Source: Anthoceros angustus
Taxonomy: Eukaryota > Plantae > Anthocerotophyta
Assembly (NCBI GenBank): GCA_010909165.1
Contig: VJWM01000025.1
Coordinates: forward strand, 2,480,001-2,544,000
Direction: 5' to 3'
Length of the DNA: 64,000 nt
Shown: positions 53,730 through 64,000 of the stretch, piece after piece
How the letters are laid out: each line of letters begins with the position of its first letter
How positions within the stretch are numbered: the first letter of the stretch is position 1
Translations under genes and position numbers: made by a program
Notes under the pieces: generated by a model
What the model was told of the DNA's origin: nothing
What the model saw: the letters and a program-made list of their open reading frames with translations, nothing else
Databases searched by the model: none

Positions 53730-54244
53730 GACACTATACACGATGTCATATTTGCCATAGCTCGCGGAAGTGGCTATATGGCTTTGAGGGAGTAATGGTA
53801 CATGCTTTGAACATGTCTTAATCTTATACTTTGTCTGTGGTGACCAGGTTTATGTGGTGGACGTGGTGGTTACTGACCCTAATCGAGACACCATCTCCGC
53901 TCAAGTTATTACTAATTGTCCTGGTTCAGCTGCCGCCGGTGATGCAGTTCTCAAGGTATGCAGGATAGCGGATAGGAAAGTATAGCGGGATGCAAGCGGG
54001 CCACTTCTTTATTTCGCACGCACTCGAAACGTATGGGGCAATAGCTGTGAACTTCTATCAATTTCTCATGTCCTGCGCCAAATCTTACTACGCCCGGAGG
54101 CATGGCATGGGGTTATCCTTCTCTTATTTCACAGCTAACTTTAGACAGCGAGTCTCCATTACCCTTCAAAGGACCCTCTCGATGACAATCCTTCACAAGG
54201 CGGCGATGGCATGTGACACTTCTTCCTCTTTCTTCGTAGTTTGA
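53730..54244 (+). mobile_element. Degenerate 3' end of a non-LTR retrotransposon with a restriction-like endonuclease (CRE/NeSL/R2-like group)
   Basis: Broken frame gives DTIHDVIFAIARGSG..RE, VVDVVVTDP, KYSG..HFFISHALETYGA and FRQRVSITLQR, the typical RLE-domain C-terminal pattern. Stops and frameshifts are present. Confidence 0.7.
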
Positions 54245-54460
54245 GGCCATTTATCCTTCCTGCATGCGATGTCACAGGAGCATAGTCGCTCCTTTTCACC
54301 TTGACCCCCAGGGTTCACATTCATTGTCCCCTGCTGAATGGATTTCTCCGTAGTTTGAGGCCATTTGTCCTTCCTGCATGTGATGTCACATGAGCATAGT
54401 CGCTCCTTTTCACCTTGACCCCCAAGGTTCACATTCGTTGTCCCCTGCTGAATGGATTTT
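54235..54460. repeat. 114-bp tandem duplication
   Basis: cgtagtttgaggccattt...gctgaatggattt starts at 54235 and 54349. Confidence 0.9.
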
Positions 54461-54504
54461 TTCCCATCGTTTTTTCCCCTTTTAGCTGTATTGCGCCATG
54501 AAAG

Positions 54505-55210
54505 CCGGGGATGAATAGCACCCCATTCAAGTAGTGGACCATGAAGATGGAGATGGATAGCACCCATCCAAGCTAGACTGTGAAGTTGGGAATGGATATA
54601 GCACCTCATCAAAGCACTAGGCCATGAAGCTGGGGATGGATAGCACCCCATCCAAGATGTGGACCATGAAGCGGGGGATGGATAGCACCTCATCCTAGCG
54701 CTAGGCCATGAGGCGGAGGATGGATAGCACCCCATCCAAGCACTAGGGCATGAGGCGGAGGATGGATAGCACCCCATCCAAGCACTAGGGCATGAGGCGG
54801 AGGATGGATAGCACCGCATCCAAGCACTGGGCCATGAAGTTGGGGATGGATAGCACAAGCATGGGCCATGAAGTTGGGGATGGTTTAAAGATAACGTAAC
54901 CTAACCAACCAATAGCTATTCCATCTGCATTATCCATTGCACCTGCTCTAAATGATCCCCTTTTAGCTGAATTGTCACCAATATAATCGTAAAATGCTAA
55001 TAGCACCTCATTCAAGCATTGGGCCATGAAGCTGGAGATGGATAGCACCCCATCCAAGCATGGGCCATGAAGTTGAGGATGATAACGCCCCATCCAAATA
55101 CTGATCCGCTTAATTGTGAGTTCCAATAAACTCATGTTTGAATGCCATTTCTCAGGGGATGGATAGCACCCCATCTGCTATGAAGTTGCGGATGATAACA
55201 CCCCATCCAA
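54505..55210. repeat. 42-bp minisatellite (GGATGGATAGCACCCCATCCAAGCACTAGGGCATGAGGCGGA-like), interrupted
   Basis: GGATAGCAC anchors at 54638, 54680, 54722, 54764, 54806 and 54848, with more diverged copies on both sides. Confidence 0.9.
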
Positions 55211-55615
55211 ACACTGATCCGCTTAATTGTGAGTTCCAATGAACTCATGTTTGGATGTCATTTCTCAGGGGAGGACAATATGTAGGCTTCTTTAGTAGTT
55301 CCAATGAACTCATATTTGGATGTCATTTCTGGGGGAGGACAATACGAAGGCTTCATTAGTAATTTGGATGTCATTTCTGGGGGAGGACAATACGAAGGCT
55401 TCATTAGTAATAATTTGAGATTTCATAGATATATCAAAATATATCGCCGAAGTACCGCACTAGGAAGATGATTGGAGTAATCCCATAGAGTACTAACAAC
55501 TAAATAAGGTCTGGGAGTAATCCGTAGGACACTAATAATTAAATAACATCTAGAGAACTTGTAGAGCACTAACAATTAAATAAGGTCTGGAGTAATCCGT
55601 AGGGAACTAACAACT
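55210..55615. repeat. Assorted short direct repeats
   Basis: ttggatgtcatttct..ggggaggacaata occurs x3; ggagtaatcc...actaa-type units occur about x4. Confidence 0.7.
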
Positions 55616-55961
55616 CGATGTTATAATAGGTAGCCCCATATAAAGGCCCCTAATCCGCCCCGAGGACGCTAAACTGGGGAGTTCCACTGAACTGGTGTAG
55701 GTGTAGGTGTCACTCCTTGAAAGGAGGACAAATATATATGTAGGCTTCTTGCGATCATCATGACCCGCAGTACAATCAATCAACATGACGCGAGCCCCTT
55801 TCGATCAACCCTTTAATCTCACTCTTTCACCACCGTGGCCGCCTCGCTAAGCTACTAAAAACTGAACTTCTTCGATTTAACTTCAGACTACCGGCTGGTT
55901 GTACTACCAGCCACAGGCCTTCTCCGCAAGGTCTAGGGCTTTGCTTAACTGGAGTCCGGCA

Positions 55962-57368
55962 ATGGGGGATATCCCCGTGAGGCAGCCTCCTCCTCGTTGT
56001 GCATCTCGGTATCTGGAGCCAAGCTACTGGTAATTCTTGTCACTCTTGTTCGATGAGCTGTATGGGCTGCAATTTGGTTTAGCTGGGTTTTTTCGGAAAT
56101 TTCTGAATTGCAGTTCTCCTCAGGAACACGCGCTTTTCGACAGAGGAGCACTATGAGTGGTGCAGGGATTACTCTCACTTTCAGCACTTGATTCAGGAAC
56201 ACGTCACACCGTCTGATACCGTGAGTTCATGATACTGGGTTTGAGGGGCCTCGGATGTGCCTTCAGTAGATTGTACTTGTTCTTCGTACAGGTTGGGTAA
56301 TGGCAGTAGGTACTCGGGGGAAATGGTTTGGTTCTTTCGCTGTTCACAAGAAATAATGTCTGCTCTCAGGTGCTCGAAGTAGGTTGCGGAAGTTCGCGCC
56401 TGAGTGAAAATATGTTCAACAACGGCATCACTCGGATTACATGCAGTGATTTGTCGCCTGTGGCCATTGAGCATGCTAGGAAACGTTGTGCTGCACTTGG
56501 GTACGAAGGTTAGCAGCACTTTTTGGATGGCGATGAGTGTGGCTTCTTGTTGGGTATTTCGGGAAATCATTTGATTATGGGTAGCTCTTTGCAGGCATCG
56601 TACCAGTTGTGGCCGATATGTTGAATCTTCCATTCGAGGACTGCAGCTTTGATGTGGTTATAGAGAAGGGGACTATGGTGGGTAGCTGGAGCCTTTCCCT
56701 TGTTCAGCTCAGGAATGTGACAGAAGGGTCGTGCCTGAGCTTTCCCCTTTTAATTTTTTAAGCTTCTGTGAGAGGTTGAGCTGTAAATAGATGATGCTAA
56801 TTACAACAGTTAAAGGATGTCCTTTTTGTGGACAGTGGTGATCCATGGAATCCAAAGCAAGACGTGAAGAATAAAGTGCTTGCGATGCTGGCAGAGACAC
56901 ACCGTGTGTTGACACCAGCTGGGACTTTCATCTCGATTTCTTTCGGTCAGGTAGTATGCAGGTTCCGACATCTGAAGCTGACAACGTCCCTATCCTTTGT
57001 TCATCTCGTAACTATGTGCCTGCACCTCATTTCTCACAGCCACACTTCAGGCGACCTTTCTTTGAAGCGGAGGGATTCACGTGGTCCATGCAGTGCACCA
57101 CTTTTGGTGAGGACTTCCACTATTTCTTCTACACGTTGAAAAAGGTGAGGAGTATAGATTTCTCGTCTCTTTTTGGTCACACTTTTTGATCCTGCCGTCT
57201 GAAGAGTTCAGACGGGGTATGGCTCATGCACAGGGTACAAGAATCTCGGCCGCCGTCTCAGACTCTGTGGGTTCAACTCACCGCCAACAGTTCAGTGAAA
57301 ATATGGAGCATGAGTACATGGATGATGAAAATTATTTGTTCCGGTCGACTTTGGTGAATGAAGAGTAG
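55962..57368 (+). CDS. SAM-dependent methyltransferase, EEF1AKMT4/METTL13-N-like, multi-exon
   Basis: Spliced product: MGDIPV..YLEPSYW/NTRFSTEEHYEW, VLEVGCGSSRLSE, ADMLNLPFEDCSFDVVIEKGTM/DVLFVDSGDPWNP, HRVL..GTFISISFGQ/PHFRRPFF, FHYFFYTLKK. Stop TAG at 57366-57368. Confidence 0.88.
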
Positions 57369-57614
57369 GAGGACTTTTGATGGGCCGGTGGCAGTGATGG
57401 ATGAGGATCAATGTCTTCCAGCAAGAAACTTAATTCTTTTTGCCGGCTTTTGCGGGCAACCAACAGATTTAAGATGATGTGCTGTATGAAGAGCACATTC
57501 CCATGAGGACATTCCTGTGATGGTTGTGCCTCGATGCAAGGTTTGCATCCACTCCCTGATGAGCAACGAAGGTGCTTATTGCGTTTCACAGTTCCTTTGT
57601 GTCTGGCGGAGGGG

Positions 57615-59710
57615 TCAGATAGTAGCTCTTAGAACAATGTAGGATAGTACTCGATATGCCACAAGATATGCAGCCATGACCACCACACTGATCCATTTGC
57701 TTTGTTCTGAAAGCCCAGCTTCCCGGAGTACACCATCCCCTGTCAACTGGCAGTTCAGCATGTCGATGTTATCCACGGAAACCAGTTCCTCAGGAAGGTG
57801 TCTCCACAGGAAGCACTTGTCTCTGAGGCCTGAGAATTCGTTTATAAGCAGAGCTTCAAGAGGATACTTGAAGAGGGACAGGTAACTGACGAACACTAAG
57901 AACTCAGGAATGTCATCCTTAGCAATGAAGTATCCCGAAAACAGAAAGAAGGCCCCCAACAACCCTTGTGCGACGCAGTTCCCTCTGACGTGGTCAGGCA
58001 CCAAGGCAGACACCAGGGCAACGACCGAGTTGCCTGTGATCAGGCTCATCCAGACAACCATGAGGAAGAAGAAAAAGTTGCCGGCAGCAGAACACAACCC
58101 AGCCATGAAGTAAACCGGGACAGCGAAGGCAACAGCCTCCGGAAACAAGAAGACCATGAACACAAAACAAGAGGACGACACGTATGACGATTTTCTGTAA
58201 GCACCGCGCGATACCTCCCTCGTCACCACGATCCTTTCCTGCAGGAAGATGGGCAGCCCTCGGTTGCCGGCACTGATTGATCAAAAGGAAGAGTTGTTGA
58301 AGGCAGGAGGGAAGGCAGGAAGGAAGCCGTAAACAAGGAAATCGATATCGGATTGAATTGTACCAACCTGGTAAGCAGGAACATGAGGCAGTACGCCAGC
58401 AGACCGTTCCGTTGTTGAATCCCTCGCGCGTCGAGATGCCGGCCGGTCTGGAAGAAGAGCGTCCCCAGACTCAAAGACGTCAGAAAGCTCTGCAACATGG
58501 AGAACTGGAGCAGGGTTCGGGAGGCGGGATGGAACGTGGTTCTGTAGAAGCGTGTGGCGAGAATCCACGTCTCCATCGCCCATTTGTTGTTGTATTCGAA
58601 TTCAGTGACAGGCGGTAAGAGGTGTTGTGTTTCCGTTTGTGTTGTTTCTCTTGGCGTTTGCGTCCTCGTTTCTTGACGAGGCAAGACACAGCCATGGTGG
58701 ATAGCGAATTCCAGGGCAGTCATCTCCGGCGGGACGCAATGTCCGCCATCGCACAGCCTGGAGGAGAGCTCGCCGAGGCTCCCGTGGTGCACCACCTCCC
58801 CACCCGCAAGCAGGACGATGGTGGACACGAGGCGGAGGATCAGGATGCTGGGCTGATGGATACTGAGCACAACAGTCCTGGACGAGGCGGATGCCGATTT
58901 CTGCAGCGCCGCCACCAGCTGCATCGCCGCCGCACTGTCCAGCCCGGACGTGGGCTCGTCCAGGAACAGGATGGCGGGGTCGTGGATGGAGTGCACCCCG
59001 ACGGACGTCCTTCTCCGCTCCCCTCCGGAAATCCCATCTCCAGGGCTCCCGATCACGGAATGCGCCACACCCCCCAGACCCAGCTCCCGGATCACCCTCT
59101 CCACCTTCTCCACCTTCTCCCCCAAAGCCATCGCTCCTGGCAGCCGCAGCCGAGCGCTGTACATCAGCATCTCCTGCACAGTAAGCGTGGGCAAAAGCGC
59201 AGCCGCATCATCCTGGGTCACGAACCCCGAAATTCGACGCAGCATGGCTGAATCCAGCACCTGGTCGTTCACCCGCACGGCCCGACACGGGCCGATCTCC
59301 CCTGCCATGAGGCCCAGCAGCGTCGTCTTGCCGGCTCCGCTGGGGCCGGCTATGGCGGTGATCTCCCCGGGCGAGGCGTGAAAGCTCACGTTTCTGAGGA
59401 TGTGCAGGCCTGCTGCCCGGGCCTCTGCCTCTGCCTCCGGCTCCGGCTCGCCCTCGTACGCCTGGTTGTTGTGGACGCTCAGTGCCGTGGGCCTTACCAC
59501 CGATTTCTGCGTCTCAGCTATGCTGCTGAGCAGGCGAGGGAGGATGCCAGACTGTCGGCGCGTGTAGCTCAGGTCTCTGACGCTGATGTTGAAGGTGGCC
59601 GTGCTGCTGGGCGGGATGACTGTCACCACTGTAGCATCGCCATCGCCATCGCCATCGCCACGTCCATGTCCATGGCCATGGCCATGGCCATCACCTTGCT
59701 GCTTCCCCAT
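57615..59710 (-). CDS. ABCG half-size transporter (NBD-TMD) with one intron at 58273-58367
   Basis: Walker A GPSGAGKTT, signature ISGGERRR, Walker B LFLDEPTSGLD, H-loop SIHQP; the TMD has LPIFLQER, REVSRGAY and FFLFSGYFI. Confidence 0.92.
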
Positions 59711-60266
59711 GTACGCTCCACATGCAGAAGGAGGCCGGCCATCCCGCCAATTTGTATTCCCGATTCACCCACCAACTGGAGTTTGTTACCAACCGTGCAC
59801 AGGAAATGCGACAACCGGTCGTGGTAAGAGGTAAAGTAACGGATCGGTTAGGTGAGCAGGTGTGCATGCTGCGCTACTCTCGTATCCACGATCAAAGAGG
59901 TATATGTTATCCTTAGAAAGGAATAAATACTTACTATTGTCTACTCTATTTCATTATATTTATCAAATTTATTGAGTTTGAAAATAGATAAAATTTTGTT
60001 TTAGTTAATATTACCACTACAAGTTCATCCTCTTACAGCTTAAAAGGAAACCTTTGCCTCCCTATTTCTAACACACAATCTTGGCCACAGAATTATTACT
60101 AATAATATCTTGTACACTAAAACTCAAAGCCCAAGGAAACTTTCACAAAATCATCCCTATATAATATGTTGTCTTGAGTATGTGATCTATTACATCGTAG
60201 TAATTGCAAGCATTAACAAAGAATAAGTTTTTTCGACATAGTTGTTTCTGAAATCAATAGATTGCT

Positions 60267-60860
60267 ATGGACTCAATGAATCATTTGTCAGATCCACATT
60301 TGAAACAAGTAGCTACTGTTGTTATCGGAGACAAGATCCTTCTAGGGAGTCGGCCATGTATCATACAAGAGAACACAAAAGCTGGAAAGTTTTATTTTTT
60401 GAGGGGAGAAGACATTTTCACGCATCAAGAAGTTCGAGAGTATATCTTACATTCCAAGCAATGTTACATGGTTGAGGTTTTACGTGCAAAGTACTTAGTG
60501 ATGTCAGCAAATCAAGCATCTCAAGGACCGAAATGTGTTACGTTGAGACATGAACACAATGATGAAATCCTAGTTTTTCAGCTTCCTCGTGATGAGAAAC
60601 TTGATCTTCTTTTAGAAGAAGGACTACGAAAAGGAAAACATTTATTGATGACCGTACTGTACATCTTGAAGGGAACCGAAAAATCCAAAGAGTTTCGTTT
60701 TGAAGATCTATATGAAATAAATTCGACGGAACCCCTTTGGAGTAGTTGTACGAACCTATTGGATATGCACGGTGCAAAATGCAATTCGTCACCAAAAGAA
60801 TCGAAGATTTTAAATCCAAACGCACCTATAAACCTTTGGGAGTACTATCGCCTCCATTGA
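60267..60860 (+). CDS. Divergent eIF5A-like protein with a broken hypusine loop (intact 197-aa solo paralog of the array gene), intronless
   Basis: RPC, DIFT, S..C...V.R..Y, LP.D..L and G..GK.L...V motifs occur in eIF5A order and spacing. [12 protein letters not shown] is replaced by NTKAGK. There is a ~50-aa C-terminal extension. Confidence 0.8.
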   Translation: MDSMNHLSDPHLKQVATVVIGDKILLGSRPCIIQENTKAGKFYFLRGEDIFTHQEVREYILHSKQCYMVEVLRAKYLVMSANQASQGPKCVTLRHEHNDEILVFQLPRDEKLDLLLEEGLRKGKHLLMTVLYILKGTEKSKEFRFEDLYEINSTEPLWSSCTNLLDMHGAKCNSSPKESKILNPNAPINLWEYYRLH

Positions 60861-61480
60861 TAATATACCAGTTAATCAATGTTGGAATGGCCATGGAATG
60901 CAGCAATGAGCTATGTTATCTCTCATATGGTTCCTTCTTGGTCACCTAGCTGGGGAGTTTGAGCCGTGTCTTGTAATTGGAGTCAAAGGACCCCATGGAG
61001 CACATATAACGTAAATGGTAGTCTCAATGAGCTAATTAAGCTCAACAACAAGAAGGCAAGAAGCGGCAGCGGTTACCATGAAGTTGTTGGCGTCAACCTT
61101 AATGAGCTAATTAAGGCTGGCATGCTGGTTACTATACAAAAGGTCCATGGCAAGGAGACATAGCACCGAGGATGATGCTCGGGGGGCAAAAATACGTGTA
61201 TCCAAGTTGTAGGCCTGCAATATCCATCAAAGCAATGTTGTAATGTGAGTTTCAAACCTGATGACCAGTATCACACTTGTTTTCGCGTCAGTTTCGGAGG
61301 GCAATTATTTGTCCTAGGGCCTTGGGACCTTCATTTTTATCAATGTTCATTCTAGGTTTTCCATAGTCCAAGGAATATTTTGCTATATATGCTTGGAGGA
61401 GCCATCAATCATATTTATTAGTAGGCAAGCTTAAGGCTTTGAGCACCTACCGTTGATATAGTGGAGGCTTGGACGTTTTT

Positions 61481-62323
61481 ATGGCTGGAATACGGAGAGG
61501 GGATGCATCAACAGTTGGAGGGGGCTCAGTGATGGCTTCTGGCACATTGGAGGAACCTAACCCCTCTAACTCCAATTGGTATTTTGCAAGGGAGGAGATC
61601 GAGCGCCATTCTCCCTCCCGGAAGGACAACATTGACCTAAAGACAGAGACCTATTTGCGCAAGTCCTACTGCGCCTTTTTGCATGATCTTGGCATGTGCA
61701 TGAAAGTGCCCCAAAACACTATTGCAACAGCGATAGTTTTCTGTCACCGCTTTTTTCTTCGGCAATCACATTGCAAGAATGATAGAATTATGATTGCTAC
61801 TATCTGCATGTTTTTGGCTGGCAAAGTTGAAGATACCCCGCGTAGGCTTGTTGATGTTATTCTTATGAGTTATGAGATACGGTTCAAGAATGATTCAGCA
61901 GCTATCCAGCGGATGAAGTCGAAGCGCCAGGAGGTGATTGAGGAGCATAAGGAGCTTGTGCTTTTTGGTGAGCACCTTGTATTAACAACTCTGGATTTTG
62001 ACCTCAATATTCATCATCCATATAAGCCAATTGTGGTTGCAATTAAGAAGTTGAAAGTGGCAAATAATATTGCTCTTGGGTTAGCTCAAGTGGCCTGGAA
62101 CTTCGTTACTGATGCGCTGTACACGTCACTTTGCTTGCAATTCAAACCTCATCACATTGCAGCTGGGACAATCTTCCTTGCAGCAAAGTTCCTCAAGGTT
62201 AATCTGCCCTTTGATGGTGATCAAAAGATGTGGTGGCAGGAGTTTGAGGTCACTTCACGACAGTTGCAGGAAGTGAGTAATCAAATTATGGAACTCTACG
62301 AAGAAACGAAGCCGCTGGCATAG
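61481..62323 (+). CDS. CYCT1: Cyclin T1-like protein, intronless retrocopy ending right after the cyclin boxes
   Basis: [78 protein letters not shown] and WWQEF. First ATG at 61481. Confidence 0.9.
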   Translation: MAGIRRGDASTVGGGSVMASGTLEEPNPSNSNWYFAREEIERHSPSRKDNIDLKTETYLRKSYCAFLHDLGMCMKVPQNTIATAIVFCHRFFLRQSHCKNDRIMIATICMFLAGKVEDTPRRLVDVILMSYEIRFKNDSAAIQRMKSKRQEVIEEHKELVLFGEHLVLTTLDFDLNIHHPYKPIVVAIKKLKVANNIALGLAQVAWNFVTDALYTSLCLQFKPHHIAAGTIFLAAKFLKVNLPFDGDQKMWWQEFEVTSRQLQEVSNQIMELYEETKPLA

Positions 62324-62594
62324 TTGGCCCTAGTGCTGGTCCAAAGAGCACTTGATCCTGGACTTTCAACTTCCCTTTCTAGTTATGCAACCTCAAGTAT
62401 AAATGCTGAACAACATAGCTGGTGGCCATCGAACAAACAAAGATAAAATCAAACCCCAATATCCATCTCTGGAAGTAGTTTAGAATGGTGCCACTGATAA
62501 TAGTTGCATTTTTCACATAGGATAAGTAGATTGTAACTTTTATTACCCCAAATTAAGAAGCCCAGCTTCCAAAGTTGAAGCAACCGCCGCACCA

Positions 62595-62958
62595 GCCGTG
62601 GAGGGCACCAGCTGGATGACTTGTCACTATCATAGCATCGTCATCGCCATGTTCATGGCCATCACCTTGTTGCTTGCACATATACGCTCCGCATGAAGGA
62701 GGCCCGCCATCCCGCCAATTTGTATTCCTTCTAATTCACCTGCCAACTACACTTTGTTACCAACCGTACGTGCTCAGGAATTGCGACGACCGGTCGTGGT
62801 AAGAGGTGAAGCAACGGATAATGTTACATGGTTGAGGTTTTACTTCCCAAGTACTCAGCGATGTCAACAAATCAAGCATCTCAAGGACCGAAATGGGTTA
62901 CGTTGAGACATGAACACAATGATAAAAACCTAGTTTTTCAGCTTCCTCGTTATGAGAA
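62595..62958 (+). pseudogene. Chimeric duplicated fragment: ABCG 5' region (~59598-59844) fused to an internal eIF5A-like segment (~60461-60599)
   Basis: atcccgccaatttgtattcc and ccggtcgtggtaagaggt are shared with 59741-59832; atgttacatggttgaggttttac...cagcttcctcgt is shared with 60461-60590. Confidence 0.85.
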
Positions 62959-62994
62959 ATGCTGTTCAAATGGGAGCAACGACACTTAGGGAAC

Positions 62995-63057
62995 CTATCA
63001 TCAACGTCATGATCATTGGGAAGGACTATCATCAACTTCATGATCATTGGGAAGGAC
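62995..63057. repeat. 31-bp tandem duplication
   Basis: ctatcatcaac(g/t)tcatgatcattgggaagga occurs x2. Confidence 0.85.
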
Positions 63058-64000
63058 AGATGCCCAAATCTTTTCTTCTAATGGGAAGTTTCTCATATTT
63101 ATAACTCCGTACTTAATAAATTGTTGTGCACTTAAAATAGGAATATTATCTGTGATATATAGGTTTACCTTCCTAGTCTGAGTTATTAATAATACATCTA
63201 CTTCATTATATCCACTTGCGAAAAGTGTTCTTCGCAGAAATATTTGCATTATCTTCACATTAACATTAATTTCTTTCTTGGAAAGAAGTCTTCACATAAT
63301 ACAAATTTTTTTGAGAACTAACCTCATATTTCTTGACAAGTAGAAGTTAGATTTAATTTAAGTATTTAATATTATAAAAATTTTATTAACTAATAAAATC
63401 TTATTAATTTACCCTATTATGTCTGGGAGTATCCTAAGCCTAACAAATAACAAATAACATTTAGCCTTTGGCCTCAACTAGGAAGTAGCAAGGTGCCTAA
63501 CGTTTAATGTAAAATAACATTTCTCGAGATAACTTGTACCGAAAATAGACTGTAACCTTGGTGTGCTATCGTACGTAAGGGGCCACCCCCTTCACCAAGT
63601 AGTTCTTTTAATCGCGATTACTCACCAAGTAGATCATATATCATTTGGCAAGTAAGATTTCAAAAGGTTTTAAAGTAATATTTTTGCCTCAGCACATCAA
63701 AAGTGGATAGTTGCTGTCGTGCGCTGCAGAGGAGAGGCTGAAGATAAGCTGGCTAAAGATCTGGCCACACGCGGGCCCGCTGGCGGTGATGACTGCCTCT
63801 CTATGTCCTCAAATGCATTCAGGCAGGGCCGGCAATGGATGCCCGCCATGCACACCATCCTTGCCTCCCCACACTCCAGCCTAAATCAAGCCCGTCACAT
63901 AGGCAAGGTAGCACGGCGACCCTTCCGTCACCAACCACAGCGCTCCTGCCCTCCACCAGCCGTGGCAGATGCTCAGCGCGGGGCGACCTGCCGATGCACC

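Noticed and set aside
54193-54858. 221-aa Cys/Trp-rich repeat ORF on the minus strand
   Set aside because: It is a by-product of the 42-bp and 114-bp repeats (both multiples of 3), with no independent coding evidence.
60840-60860. True HEX-1/Woronin-body ortholog
   Set aside because: The C-terminus is ...YYRLH with no PTS1, and the DIFT, LP.D and GK.L motifs are closer to eIF5A; treated as an analogy only.
63013-63258. 81-aa AT-rich minus-strand ORF
   Set aside because: It has a non-ATG start, an upstream in-frame stop and no recognised family; it may be a decayed fragment.

Overview
Eukaryotic nuclear DNA from a compact-genome non-seed land plant (introns mostly ~80-150 bp; hornwort- or lycophyte-like, which is an inference). 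The left 20 kb is gene-dense: KEA3-type K+ efflux antiporter, choline-transporter-like (CTL/PNS1) gene, Di19 zinc finger with a U12 AT-AC intron, GT37 fucosyltransferase, DPB2/POLE2 with two U12 introns, an unknown probably plastid-targeted membrane protein, and an intronless GDSL pseudogene. The centre (21615-50155) is a 28.5-kb head-to-tail array of a ~1955-bp unit. It carries 15 copies of an intronless, highly divergent eIF5A-fold gene whose hypusine loop is broken, reminiscent of fungal HEX-1. Each copy is preceded by multiplied promoter-like sub-repeats. An intact solo paralog lies at 60267-60860 and a third fragment at ~62821-62958. The right part also has a degenerate RLE-type non-LTR retrotransposon with a minisatellite, an EEF1AKMT4-like methyltransferase, an ABCG half-transporter and an intronless cyclin T retrocopy. 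The best candidate for a novel system is the amplified hypusine-loop-less eIF5A family. Its frameshifts look largely like long-read consensus errors at homopolymers and CG sites. Family assignments come from recalled motifs, not from database searches.
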